From positions 185,752,001-185,816,000 of the forward strand of contig OX597814.1 in NCBI GenBank assembly GCA_951406725.2: 64,000 bases of DNA, given 5' to 3'. Positions 11,259-24,222 of this stretch are shown here, in pieces; the stretch's first letter is position 1; each line of letters starts with the position of its first letter. Source of the DNA: Octopus vulgaris (lineage: Eukaryota). Under the pieces are notes generated by a model. That model saw only the letters and a program-made list of their open reading frames with translations. It was not told the DNA's origin and made no database searches. A program made the position numbers and the translations under genes.

Positions 11259-11368
<110 letters not shown>

Positions 11369-11417
11369 ATATATATATATCTGTAAATGTAATATGTGAC
11401 AATTATTCGGCAGCCAT

Positions 11418-11478
11418 GATAAAACTCAGAGTTTCGGATGCCGGAGTGGAAATCCACGCCGCCATCTCTTTAGTTCTC
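11418..11478 (-). ncRNA. Hammerhead motif with G5A core change
   Basis: Minus strand: GAGAA CTAAAGA GATG GCGG CGTGG ATTT CCAC TCCGG CATC C GAAAC TCTGA GTT TTATC; (TA)n about 38 nt downstream. Confidence 0.6.
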
Positions 11479-11569
11479 CGACCATTGGAAAAAATACTAC
11501 ATATGCTATATAGCAGTTTTTGCGATGGTGATGGTGGTGATGATGATGATGATGATGATTATTATTATT

Positions 11570-11790
11570 ATTACTCTCTGAAATGCAATGCTTCTTTATC
11601 CATATTGTTTTTAATTAATCATGCATTATTTTGTAGCTTCCAGATTTCAACGATGTGATTGTTTATTTTTTAGAATGACATTGTAAGGTAGGTTCAAGTG
11701 GCCAGATCTGGTTGGTTTCAACATGAATGGTTGGTAGAATATGTGAGCATGATACGGTCAGTTTAAATGCTATAGAGCTAAGAGATTAAA
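11570..11790 (-). mobile_element. Degraded copy of the TTAA-flanked MITE
   Basis: Reverse-complement similarity to 59815-60036 (tgacattgtaaggtagg..ggccagatctgg). Confidence 0.5.
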
Positions 11791-12138
11791 AAAAAAAATC
11801 AACATTTAGTGCAGGTTTAGACTCAACAGTAACCTGTTATGAAGAGACATTGTATGAAATTTCTCCAGTTTCTTGCAAGCATAAGCATCATGATAGAAAG
11901 AGAGAGAGAGGGGGGAGGGAGAGAGGGGGAGGGAGAGAGAGAGAGAGAGAGAGAGAAAGGGAAAGAGAGACTGTGAATATGTTCATGCATGCGAGAAGAA
12001 AGAAAGAATGAAAGGTATGCAACAGTGAGAACAATTGCTTAAACAAATACCATATTTCCCATGCAGGCATAGAAAAACAAGATGTAAGCCAGAAAACACA
12101 TGCATATACATGCACAAATATATGTATGAATGTGCGTG

Positions 12139-12171
<33 letters not shown>

Positions 12172-12732
12172 GGGAGGGAGAGAGAAAGAGTTTTTTCCCC
12201 CTCAAAAAGGCATGCAACAGGGAGCACAAATGTTTATACAAATACCCTACAGCTCACGCAACCATAGAAATAAAAATAGATTTGAGCCAGAACACACATG
12301 CATACACATGCATGAATATGACTGTCTGTCTGTCTATCAATCAATACACACACACACACACACACATGCATGCACACACACACACATATATAAAATCAGG
12401 TTTGAGAGGCGAATATATTTGAGAAGTGATAGCTACATGATTCTCTGAATCCATATCTTATACTATTCATTTATATATATATATATATATATATAAGACT
12501 GGTTGTATTTACATGCAAAGTCAATATTTAGATATACATACGCATCACATACAACTCCACCTGATCGCATCCATAGAAACATCTGGTCATGTTGTGTGTA
12601 TACACACACACACACACACACAAACAAATATGCATATATATAAGTCTTCTCCTATAGTTCCAGGACAACAAAATTCTTGTGAGTCAATCTGATGGACAGA
12701 AACTAAAAGAAGCCTGTGTTATATATATATAT

Positions 12733-12735
12733 CAT

Positions 12736-12767
<32 letters not shown>

Positions 12768-13210
12768 GCATCGTTTAACGTCTGCTTTCCATGGTAGCAT
12801 GGGTTGGAGGGTTCAACTGGGGTCTGGGAAGCCAGGAGGCTGCACCAGGCTCCAGTCTGATCTGGCAGTGTTTCTACAGCTGGATGCCCTTCCTAATGCC
12901 AACCACCACCGGCACAGGTATCACAACTACAATTCCCATGGGTTTTTTATTTTGATGGTGATGTTGATGCACTTGACTCAATAGGTCTCCTCAAGCATGG
13001 CATGTCGCCCTACGATCCAAGGTACTTTGAATAGGCTGGGGCTGATTATGTGAAGCTGGTGTAGGATACGCCATGGACTTACTTTATTTGTCGGGTGTTC
13101 ACAGTCACAGCATTTCTCCAGAGGTCTCGGTCTTTCATCATTGCCTTTGTGAGGCCCAACGTTCAAAGGTCATGCTTGACTACCTCATACCATGTCTTCC
13201 TGGGTCTACC
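12733..13210 (-). mobile_element. RTE-like LINE 3' fragment (ORF end plus UTR)
   Basis: Minus translation GRPRKTWYEVVKHDL*TLGLTKAMMKDRDLWR followed by the UTR and (ATG)n tail. Confidence 0.8.
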
Positions 13211-13505
13211 TATATCCAGGATTCCTTCAACTGTTTGGGAGTGGCACTTCTTCACATATCTCTCCTATATATATATATATATATTCTTTCCTTCTTTCCT
13301 GAGCATCCAATAATACTATATTTGTTCCACGTCCTCACGTTGTGTTTTTTTGTGCTTTCTTGTTTGGATTAATTTTATATATATATATATATACTGTGTA
13401 TAGCCATCTAAGAAACCATAAGTCAGGAAAAAATGCACACGTACATTTGTCAGTAGAGTAGGTATATTAATCGAGGTGCATAGTATTATATATCCATTAT
13501 GGCTG

Positions 13506-13574
13506 ATCTAACCAATTCGTTTCACACTAGGGTTTTAATGAAGTATTAGGTAACAGTCTGCACTCTTCAGAGAT
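13506..13574 (-). ncRNA. Degenerate hammerhead motif
   Basis: Minus strand: ATCT CTGAAGA..GAAAC GAATTG GTT AGAT; stem II pairs poorly. Confidence 0.5.
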
Positions 13575-13649
13575 GGCAGTTATTCCTGCCATCTATGATC
13601 AACTGTAATGGATACATAATACTGTGTACATTGATTAATATATTTATTT

Positions 13650-14030
13650 ATTCTTTTACTTGTTTCATACAGTTCCCTGTGGCCATACTGGAGCACAGCC
13701 TAAAGGGTTTTAGTTGAAGAAATCAACCCCGGGACTTATTCTTTATAAGGCTGGTATTTATTCTATTAGTCTCTTTTGCCTAACTGCTAAGTTACAGAGG
13801 ACATAAACTCAGCATAGGTTGTCAAGTGATGGTGGGAGAACAAACACAAACACACATATATATGACAGGCTTCTTTCAGTTTCCGCCTAAAAAATCCATT
13901 CACAAGGCTTTAGTTGGCTTTGGTTGGCCTAAAGCTATTGTAAAAGGCACTTGCCCAAGGTTCCACATAGTGGGACTGAACCTGGAACCATGTGGTTGGC
14001 AAGCAAGCTTTTTACCACATGGCCATGCCT
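13650..14030 (-). mobile_element. SINE family A
   Basis: Tail-to-head similarity to the other copies. Confidence 0.75.
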
Positions 14031-14043
14031 CTGTATATATATA

Positions 14044-14220
14044 TCATCATCATCATCGTCTGCCAGAGTCTGCACCAGGCTCAATCTGATCTGGCAAAGT
14101 TTTTACAGCTGGATGCTCTTCCTATAGAGTGTAGTGGGTGCTTTTACATGACACTGGCACAAGGGCCAGTCAGGCGGTTCTGACAATGACTATGCTCAAA
14201 AGGTGTTTTTTACATGCTAC
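14044..14220 (-). mobile_element. RTE 3' UTR fragment
   Basis: ctgcaccaggctcaatctgatctggcaaagtttttacagctggatgc. Confidence 0.65.
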
Positions 14221-14445
14221 CAACGTAAAAAAAAAACAATAAAACTAACAAAAGTCAGTTGGATGTACATAGAGAAATAACAGATTAACACTCAGTGAAA
14301 GTTTTAGATAGAAAAATTGGAGAAGAAATAACATTTCAAGCATAGCTCTTTGTCAGTTAGAAAAAATGTCTGGAGAAAACAAAATGAAGTAAGGAGCAGA
14401 TAGTCCAAAGAAAAAGCACATGCGTGCCTCAGTGTGTGTGTGTGT

Positions 14446-14508
<63 letters not shown>

Positions 14509-15480
14509 ATGCATGCATTTTTCACAATTCTGAAAAATGCAAATGAAACCTCAGAGTAGCAATAGAGGGAAACTTGCTTCAATTTCAAATAACTGGATGT
14601 ATTCTACATGTAAAGGTGATCAGTTTCTCTCTGGCCTTCAGATGTGTGTGTGTTTGTGTGTCTGTCTATCTGTCTGTCTGTCGTTTTGCCTGTCTATTGG
14701 TCTGTCTGTCTCAACAGAACAGATGGTGAAAGAAAAAGTGGTGAACCTCAGCATATTACTAGTATTTGATTTATAACTACCAGGCCTGACAAGACATCAC
14801 AAAACAAATGAATCACCATTACAAATGTAGATTGTCTGCTCTGTAACATATAATAGAACCAAATCCAAACATGGAGGGTCATTAGACCAGAATGACGGTA
14901 AACTAGTGAAAGTTGGAGAAATATTTACTTTGTAAAGAGAAAAGATACAAGAGAGATATAGAAGACGTCCAGTCCTTAGGACATCCTGGAGGAAAAGAAA
15001 GATGGTCACGTGAGGAAAAGAAATATGGACGATGGTCACGTTTGAGCAATGAGAAAAAGAAAAAGAGAAAGAAGGGAAAGAGAGACAGATAGAAAATGGT
15101 GAAGGAGAGAAAAAGGGAATTAGTGAAGGATGGGGGAGACAACAGTATAGAGTTGCATCAAAAAGGTTAAGATAAACTTACTTAGAAATAGATGCGTGGC
15201 ATTCAATAATTAAATAATTATATAAATAATACATATAAGTATATATATACGTGTATGTTGGGCAACGTTTATTCCTCTCTTAGTCAAAAATTCTTCCATC
15301 TCTTTTACACATTCTGTTCACCATTTTTCTTTCACCCTTTGTTTCATCTCCCAAACACTTCTTATCTCTTTTATCTAACTGTTTCTGCCACAAAGCTAAT
15401 CTAATTTCTTTCACAGGAAATTCCCCATTGTTATTCTCCTACATAGGAGGAGAATGTTTTATTTTGCATATTTGAATTCA

Positions 15481-15534
<54 letters not shown>

Positions 15535-16184
15535 CATGTATACATTCTAAACATACTTAGTTATATATATCTCAATACGTTCTAAAGAATACACCACTCA
15601 ATATAATATACAGACGTTACTATACACACATACATTTTCAACATATGCACAACACTACAAATACGCTCTCTTCAAATTTATATACATGCACCTCAATAAA
15701 CACATACTCTTCAACATACATCACAAATATATACACAGCATTACGAACACAAATACATGCACTTCAACATAATATAGCTTAACAAAAACACGTTTTGCAA
15801 CATACACACAGCTCTAGAAAAGCATACTTTCTTCAACATAATATACATACAGATACACAAAACGTAGTCTTCAACATCAAAAACACATAACTCTATGAGC
15901 CAACAAGGGATTGCCTTTGTGCTCTTTCTAGAAGTAGCAACCAAATAAATCTATCAAACTATTTTCTTTTCTATCTTTAGAAGAAGAAGAAGAAAATACT
16001 CTAAAAAGTTCACTCCTAAAATAAAGGACAGTCAAATGATGAAAAATCAACAAAGGAAAGACAAACACATGATATACTTCATCAATGAACATCAAGGGAG
16101 AACATTTTTTTTTTTTTGCCTTTTTTAAGATAGTGCTTTTGTATAAAAAAAAACATTGAAATAATTACAAATATCCCAATATGG

Positions 16185-16480
16185 TGGAATTTGAACTCAG
16201 AACGTAAAGACAAACGAAATGCCATTTAAGGATTTTGTCCAACATGCTAACAATACTTATTTCTTTACTACCCACAAGGGGCTACACCGAAAGGAGACAA
16301 ACAAGGACAGACACATGGATTAAGTCGATTATATCAAACCCCAGTGCATAACTGGTACTTATTTAATCGACCTCGAAAGGATGAAAGGCAAAGTCAAACT
16401 CGGCAGAATTTGAACTCAGAACGTAGCGTCAGACAAAATATTTCGCCCGGCATGCTAACAATTCTGCCAGCTCGCTGCTT
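16185..16480 (-). mobile_element. SINE family B with duplicated head segment
   Basis: gaatttgaactcagaacgta occurs twice; Meta-like aggatgaaaggcaaagtc. Confidence 0.75.
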
Positions 16481-16661
16481 TCAAAGCTATATAAATATTA
16501 CAATACCCCAGAATCAACCTTAGGAAACACTTTCATCAAAGTAAATAAAAATTTCCCCATGCATGACATAAATATCAACATGCATATATTAATAACATTT
16601 AAAACTCTTATTTACCGTATTTACATTTGATGGATATTTGTCCTCATTTTGTTTGTTGTTA

Positions 16662-16705
16662 ACACAATGCTTCGGCTGATATACCCTCCAGCCTTCAGCA
16701 GGTGT
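16662..16705 (-). ncRNA. Decayed hammerhead (same family as 59588)
   Basis: Minus strand: ACAC CTGCTGA A GGCTG GAGGGTATAT CAGCC GAAGC ATT GTGT; flanks match 59570-59670. Confidence 0.6.
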
Positions 16706-17599
16706 CTTGGGGAAATTTCGAACAAGGGGTGTGGAGGGGCGTGGTCCACCCCGGGTAACACTTTTATCGGGGCGGCACTACTTTTGGGTCTGCCGTAAGC
16801 AATATGTAGTTTTTGTGGTAACCCAGGGTTGGCAAACTGAAGGGCCACTCTGGCTGGCACACATGCTAGCTACAACACCAACATCTACAGCCATGTAACA
16901 ATAATTCATTAATACAACTCTAACCTCCTAATTATATACTAGCCCTCAGTGCCACAGGATCTGCCTATCTCATACCAGTCTTGTCAGCCACGTCTGCTTC
17001 CATGAGAAACAATGCACCGGAAGTGAAGTATGAGTGTCTTGGATCGACGCTGTCATCACCTTTGATGGCTTATACTGAATATAAATGTTTGCCAAATTTT
17101 TTACCTTGTCACAAGCAAAGTGCCAGACAGCTAATTTACCGAAACACGATAACTCATTTTTTCAACTTTATGCTGGATCAATATGGATTGGTGTTTATGT
17201 TTGACACTACTACTGATGCTTGAAGTTCTCTTACCATTAGTAACCATAGCTAATGGTAACTTTAAGCTCAATAAACAGAGGATCTCCCAGATTTATGGTG
17301 TCACTGTTAACACATGAAGTGTAAATAATGCATGTAAACATACAGTACACATAACACCATCTGTGGTCTCACAGTAAACAAGACTGTAGCCATTGGAATT
17401 TTAAGTCCCTCTTGTAATTTATCCTGATTGAAGAAGGTACCAGATCATCAGTTACCAGAAAATCCCTGGAGTGCATGTACGGAGATTATATCTCCCAAAA
17501 GACAAGCGATAACAAATGACAATGAAAGTTTCAAAATGTGCATCCCATCATGCATTCAGTACACAGATAGCAAAAGAGACACTCAAATACTATTGGGAC

Positions 17600-18900
17600 A
17601 TGACAATATACTACAAATGCAAATATTCAGCGTACAGCAATAGAAAACAATTACATATTGAACATATACATTGCACCCAATAACATCACTAACCATACCA
17701 CCTGGCTACACATCCCAAATTAAAACAGTCCTATAAAGCATTACTAGTGAAAACTTCATTGGGCATAATACATTTTGGTACAAAAACAATTCAGATAACA
17801 CACAAGGTTATACAATAGCATCACATCAAAATACCTTATTTTTCCTAGGCAACTCATACCAACACTCACTCATTCACTGTTTGACTGTGGTCTAGACAAT
17901 GGAATTTACTATGTTACGCCAGACCTCATGGTCCATCATAGCATTACGGAGGTCCTGTTGCTGGATGCCTGTATCCCTGGAAATTACATCAGGGTAGGAG
18001 AGTGCGCTCTCTGGTATCGCGAGCAGATGGCTTCCAGAGGAGAAGAATAGAAATTACCTCTTCTAGCTTTACAACAATGTCCAGCAAACTGGACTCTTCT
18101 ACCTATGATATAGGTAGTAATTTCCCATATATTTGTACTTTGGTTGGATGACACTTCCACGAGAGATTTTGAGCTCTCATAAGGAGGTGAGTGTAAGTTC
18201 CATCCAACCACCTCTCAAGCTTCTTTGATAACATCCAGGTTTCTGAGCCATATAGTAGAATTGGTTCAACTGTACCAACATATTCATACTCATTACCAAG
18301 ATAGCTACAATAAATCCTGGTTCAATAACCTTTTCTGCTATGCACACCTAGCTACAATAATCAAACAGGAAACCATCACCCAGTCTTCTTCTGACCACTT
18401 TCCCTGTAACCATGACTCATTATGACATCAATGAACAAAACAAAAAAGCATTTTTCTCAAACTTCAAAAATACCTGCTTCCAACAAGAGACAGAACAGCA
18501 TTTTCAAATTCAAAGTCATCAACATATACCACTGCAGTATACAATAAACACAATAAGATAATTTCAGAAGCAGATCTCACGAGGCAACATAAAACATGCA
18601 ACAGAAATAGCCAAGCTGATAACAAGCGAAAATATAAAATTGCCGACGCTGCACACTCAGGAATAAAACCCAACATAAAGTAATTAGTCAGAAAAGAACA
18701 AAGAAATAAAGTTGAAAAAAAAGGTAAAAAATTTGGCAAACATTTATATTCAGTATAAACCATAAAATAATAGTCAAAGTAATTACCATCAACAACTCTA
18801 TCAACTGCCACACTACATCACATGATATGACTACTTCAATACTTACACTCCAAAAGAACTAAGTTCCGCTTTCAAATGCTTGCCAAACTTAGCCAGTAAA
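17600..18900 (+). mobile_element. Highly degraded LINE endonuclease region, interrupted by an RTE fragment
   Basis: Remnant motifs ILNIYIAPN and SSDHFP in broken frames. Confidence 0.3.
17905..18280 (-). mobile_element. RTE-type LINE 3' ORF fragment
   Basis: RRVQFAGHCC..LLWKPSA..LSYPDVISRDTGIQQQDLRNAMMDHEVWR in broken frames. Confidence 0.7.
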
Positions 18901-19161
18901 ACCACAAGCACACAAAAGCAGAAACACAAAATGCCCACCTTCCGTGTGTTTTGTTTAAACAATGGCAGAATTTTCAAAGGCCTAACAAAACATACACCAA
19001 AAATAAATAGTATCTGAAGGAATTATTGCTTCATTAACATCTTTAACTAATTGGCTATGTGATTAAGAAGCTTGTTTTAGTGTGGTCTTGGGTTCAGCCC
19101 CAGAACAGTCAAAGCTTTGCAAGTGGACTTGGTTGTTGGCAATATATATATACATATACAT

Positions 19162-19216
<55 letters not shown>

Positions 19217-19263
19217 CATACATACATACATATACATACATATATACATACATACATACACAC

Positions 19264-19294
<31 letters not shown>

Positions 19295-19324
19295 CATGTG
19301 CACACACACACACACACATACATG

Positions 19325-19790
19325 TATTCTTTTATACTTTTACTTGTTTCAGTCATTTGGCTGTGGCCATGCTGGGGCACTGCCTTGTTGGGTTTTAGCC
19401 GAACAAGTCAACTCTAGGACTTGTTTTTAAGCTTAGTACTTCTTCTATTGGTCTCTTTTGCCAAACTTCTAAGTTACAGAGACGTAAATACACCAACACC
19501 GGTTGTCAAGTGGTGATGGGGGGAGACAAACAGACTCAGAAACACACACATAAATATATGCATATATATATATATATAACACAGGCTTCTTTCAGTTTCC
19601 ATTTACCAAATCCACTCACAAGGCTTTGATCAGCCAGAGATTATAATAGAAGATACTTACCCAAGGTGCCACACAGTGTGACTGAACCCTGAAACAATGT
19701 GGTTGAGAAGGCACTTGCCTAAGGTGTCACACAGTGGGACTGAACCCAAGTACACACAGTTAGAAACGAGCTTGTTAATCACATAGCTAA
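19325..19790 (-). mobile_element. SINE family A with duplicated head
   Basis: Head segment ccaaggtgccacacagtg..actgaaccc occurs twice. Confidence 0.75.
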
Positions 19791-20451
19791 TTAGTTGAAG
19801 ATGTTAGTGAAGCAATAACTCCTTTTGAATGCATCCACCACAAATGACACTGTCATTTAGAATAACACCCACACAAATATTAAAAACAACATATTCAAAA
19901 AGTCACTTAACATAAATTTATCCAGAACAATTCCAATCACTACTATTACAATCACAACGGGTCACTTTTAGGTCGCTTGACCATTTAAGAGGATTACACC
20001 CACATCCTGCTACTGTCATACCACTCCTGCATTCTTCTTCTTCTTCTTCATCTTCTTCTTCGCCACCTCCTTTCTCTACTACTACTACTGCTTAAACAAA
20101 GACAAGAATTCATATCAACCTAGCTGCTGCTAACTACCTAGAACCCACAAAAGTAAAAAAGAGAGACAGAGACAGACAGAAAAAAAGGAAAATGGCCCTT
20201 GTATTTGAAAACTATGGAAATATTTTTAAAAAAACATTTCATTTAATTTTTGCACAAATTAATTATTTTTCATGCTTTAATCTAAGTTGAAAACGTCACA
20301 AAGGCTGAAACCGGTACTAAAACATTCATCGGGATAAAATTATTTTAGCATTTTATATCTTGTCTTATTTTTCGTATATATATAAGTAACTATATTGTTG
20401 TCGACATTTATTCCTCCGTCTTCCTTTTCTCTCGGACTTTCCTCTGTCTCC

Positions 20452-20488
20452 TGTTTCTGAAGAAGAGCTTTGCTCAAAACATAAAACA
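20452..20488 (+). ncRNA. Ultra-short hammerhead (GAGC/GCTC family), apparently CpG-decayed
   Basis: TGTTT CTGAAGA A GAGC TTT GCTC AAAAC ATA AAACA; (TA)n about 100 nt downstream. Confidence 0.65.
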
Positions 20489-20900
20489 CCCTTTCTTCCC
20501 TTCCCTGGCATCTTATTAATACTTTGCATATACGATGTCCTCACGTTGTTGTTTTCTTCTTGTATTTTTTCTCCATTTTTTTTCAATTATATATATATAT
20601 ATATATAATGCACACTACATGGATTTATATAATCCAACAGTAATCACAAAAAATCTCCTTTAATGGACCAGGCTACAAATCACACAGTAAATCAATACAT
20701 ACGAGTTTAATGTAAAGTCCTATGCTGTTAAAATCCAGTAAATCCATTCCTTGAAAATTATTTCCTGAAGAGGATAAAGAATATATATTCTACATGTATA
20801 TATGTGTGTGTTTGTTGGTGTGTGCGTGTGTGTGTTGCCTTGCTTGACCATTAAATCTACAGGTTTTTTTCATTGTCTCTCTATTTATTTTCTCTTATTC

Positions 20901-20936
20901 CTTTCTGTTGAAGAGCGTCAGCTCAAAACATAAAAG
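20901..20936 (+). ncRNA. Ultra-short hammerhead variant (CUGUUGA)
   Basis: CTTT CTGTTGA A GAGC GTCA GCTC AAAAC ATA AAAG. Confidence 0.6.
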
Positions 20937-21033
20937 ACTTTCTTGCTTTCCCGGAAATCAAACTAATACACCTGCTTGTTTTTCATACACCTGCTTTTTT
21001 CTTGTTTTTCTGTAAATTTCAACTATATAAATA

Positions 21034-21094
<61 letters not shown>

Positions 21095-21451
21095 CTACCA
21101 AGCCAAATCAGTCTGGAACCTGGTGCAGCTCTCCAGCTTATCAGCTCTGATCAAACCATCCAACACATGCCAGCATGGAAAACAGTTGTTAATTGATGTT
21201 AATTGATGATGATGATGATGATGATGATGATAACGGTGGGCTTCTACACTGTTTGCCATCTATCAAATTCACTTGCAAGGCATTGGCCAGCCTGGATTAG
21301 AGCTGTAGGAAAAGATACTTGCCCAAGGTGCTGCACAGTGGGATTGAACCTGAAATGACATAGTTGCAAAGAACACTTCTTAAACACAAAGCCATGTTGT
21401 ACATCTATGCTCACAGACAACAAAACTACAAGGAATTACATGCATTAGCTC

Positions 21452-21970
21452 TAGGAGTGGCTGTGTGGTAGGAAGGTTGCTTCCCAACCACATGGTTCCA
21501 GGTTCAGTCCCACTGCATGGTACCTTGGGCAAGTGTCTTCTACTATAGCCCAGGGCCAACCAAAGCCTTGTGTGTGGATTTGGTCAACAGAAACTGAAAG
21601 GAGTTCATCTTATATGTACTGTATTTTAACGTGTATATGGAACCCTTTTTTCAAAATTTAAAACCCCCAAAATTAGGGGTTCCTTATACACGAGGGTTCT
21701 TTATACACGTTAAAATACAGTATATGTACATATCTATGTGTATGTATTTTTGTGTCTGTGTTTGTACTGCCTTATTGCTTGACAACTGGTGTTGGCATAC
21801 TTATGTCCCCATAACTTAGCAGTGTGGTAAAATGAGACTGATAGGATAAGTACTAGGCTTACAAAAAATACATCCTGGGGTCGATTTCTGCGACTAAAAA
21901 AACCCTTTAAGGCAGTGCTCCAGCATGGCCACAGTCGAAAGTGACGGATACAAATAAAAGATAAAAGAAT
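21452..21970 (+). mobile_element. SINE family A carrying a MITE in its internal TA tract
   Basis: Head at 21452; body resumes after 21721. Confidence 0.8.
21619..21720. mobile_element. 102-bp MITE (Tc1/mariner or pogo-type, TA target)
   Basis: Perfect 19-bp TIR CTGTATTTTAACGTGTATA / TATACACGTTAAAATACAG, flanked by TA. Confidence 0.8.
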
Positions 21971-21972
21971 AA

Positions 21973-22117
21973 GTGGTAAGTAGCTTGCTTACGAACCACA
22001 TGGTTCTGGGTTCAGTCCCACTGCGTGGCACCTTGGGCAAGTGTCTTCTACTATAGCCTTGGGCCAACCAAAGCCTTGTGAGTGGATTTGGTAGGCGGAA
22101 ACTGAAAGAAGCCCGTC

Positions 22118-22194
<77 letters not shown>

Positions 22195-22657
22195 AGTGTG
22201 TATATGTCTGTGTGTCTGTGTTTGTCCCCCCAACTTTCTTGACAACAATGCTGGTGTGTTTACATCCCTTTAACTTGGCGGTTCGGCAAAAGAGACTGAT
22301 AGAATAAAGGCGGTGAGTTGGCAGAAACGTTAGCACGCCGGGTGAAATGTTTAGCGGCATTTCGTCTGTCTTTACGTTCTGAGGTCAAATTCCGCCGAGG
22401 TCGACTTTGCCTTTCATCCTTTCGGGGTTGATTAAATAAGTACCAGTTACACACTGGGGTCGATATAATCGACTTAATCCATTTGTCTGTCCTTGTTTGT
22501 CTCCCTTGTGTTTAGCTCCTTGTGGGTAGTAAAGAAATAAGAATAAGTACTAGGCTTACAAAGAATAAGTCCTGAGGTCGATTTGCTTGACTAAAGGCGG
22601 TGCTCCAGCATGGCCACAGTCACATGACTGAAACAAGTAAAAGAGTAAAAGAGTAAA
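21973..22657 (+). mobile_element. SINE family A interrupted by a family B SINE
   Basis: Body split at gatagaataa|gtactagg. Confidence 0.85.
22308..22539 (+). mobile_element. Full-length SINE family B with TSD
   Basis: ggcggtgagttggcagaaacgttagc..gcctttcatcctttcggggttga..; TSD AGAATAA at 22301-22307 and 22540-22546. Confidence 0.85.
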
Positions 22658-22699
22658 AATAGCAGACATAGAAGGCAATAAAGAAAGCAAAACATTATT

Positions 22700-23250
22700 C
22701 AAAGCATTCCTTGCAAATATTCATGGGCACCACGGAAAAATAAATAAATAACTCTGACATACAAACAATATATTGGAACCATTATGGATTATGTCGGTCT
22801 TGTTTGAGCCGTTTATCTCTATACAACAGACTATAAAGAAGTACAAAATAAAACAGCACAGACTACAGACACAGTCCACTCCCACAGACCACCTAGAAAA
22901 CAAATCGGAAGACCACCTGCACAAGGATAGAATTTACTGCTGCAGCAAGTTCCAGCATAGGTACCCCTACCCGTCACTGCGTATTCAGTCATCCGAAAAC
23001 AGCCAAATGCATCTACAACACCCACCAAAACATGACTACAACACTATTGTAAGAACATTATCCCTCCCACTCGTTCCAGACGAATATAGAAAGCACATAT
23101 ACAAACATAGGAGTAGCAGTAAGCTATAGACTTCATTAATCCCAGACGCCATGCTTGGGTGCACACCGCCAACAATAAATGCAGAGGCACAATAATTGTT
23201 TATCTCAGACTGTGTTCATCTTGCTCATCTCTCCAAGTCAACACTTAACA
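22700..23250 (+). mobile_element. Degraded LINE RT C-terminal region (I/Jockey-group-like)
   Basis: Remnant WG..LTYKQYIGTIMDYVGLV motif. Confidence 0.4.
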
Positions 23251-23672
23251 CAGGAGCTATTATACAAGGGCAGGGAATCCCCCTTTCCCCCCCAGGTGAA
23301 ATTTTACCCTCATTCAAATGTAAAACTGCTTGCTAGCAAAGTTTCAAAAAAAACATTTTAAAAAGTCATTGTAAACCTTAATAACAAAACAATTTGATAT
23401 AAGTTACTGATCAATATCATACCATGTGTTGCTGTGTGGTAATAAATTTGCTTCCCAGCCACATGGTTCTGGGTTCAGTCCCATTGCATGGAACCTTAGG
23501 AAAATTTCTTCTTTTGTAGCCTCATGCTGACCAAAGCCTTGTGAGTGGAATTGGTAGACAGAAACTGAAAGAAAAGAAGCCTGTTGCATATGTGTGTGTG
23601 TAAATACATATATATATTTATATATATGTGGGGGGGGGTATACATACACATATATGCAACAAGCTTCTCATA

Positions 23673-23945
23673 TATATGTATATAATTAAGAAAAATAACC
23701 TCTATTAAGTAATTCAATAGTGAAAGACATTATCTACACCATATAGAAACAATTTAAATATACTGTAATAAATACTATTCAAAAAATCATTAACACACGT
23801 AGTTAATATAATGTTTATTTAATTTAGTGATTTTTTTAATAATATTTATTATAGTATATTTAATTTTTTTTTGATATGGTGTAGATAATATCTTTCACTG
23901 TTGAATTAATTAATAGAGGTTATTTCTCTTAATTATATACATATA
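23673..23945. repeat. Foldback inverted repeat, about 120-bp arms
   Basis: tataattaagaaaaataacctctattaa..atctacaccatat pairs with atatggtgtagat..ttaatagaggttatttctcttaattata; partial copy at 52418-52480. Confidence 0.85.
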
Positions 23946-24170
23946 TTATATATTGTGAAATTTGATTTAGTATTGCTAAATTGAATTTTTCCCTGTAAGT
24001 TTGGAATCATATTCCCTACTATTATTATTAATAATAATATTACTATATATATATATGGAGGCGCAATATATATATATATATATATGGAGGCGCAATATAT
24101 ATAAGAATTTTTTGCGTAATAAGATAAAAAACCAAGGCTGTATAGATATTAGAGAATTTATAGATAGAAT

Positions 24171-24222
24171 GTCTTACAGCTGTTTCTAGGATATTTATTA
24201 ATAATATCCCTTCATCGGAGAC
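24171..24222 (-). ncRNA. Hammerhead (CCGAUGA variant; same family as 55845)
   Basis: Minus strand: GTCT CCGATGA A GGGATATT..AATATCCT A GAAAC AGCT GTA AGAC. Confidence 0.75.

Noticed and set aside
12556-12592. CAC CTGATCG..GAAAC ATCTG GTC ATG hammerhead-like string
   Set aside because: Core mismatch and no stem II; too degenerate to call
20290-20325. GAAAC CG GTA CTAA half motif
   Set aside because: No CUGANGA or stem I partner upstream; noted only as a possible truncated copy
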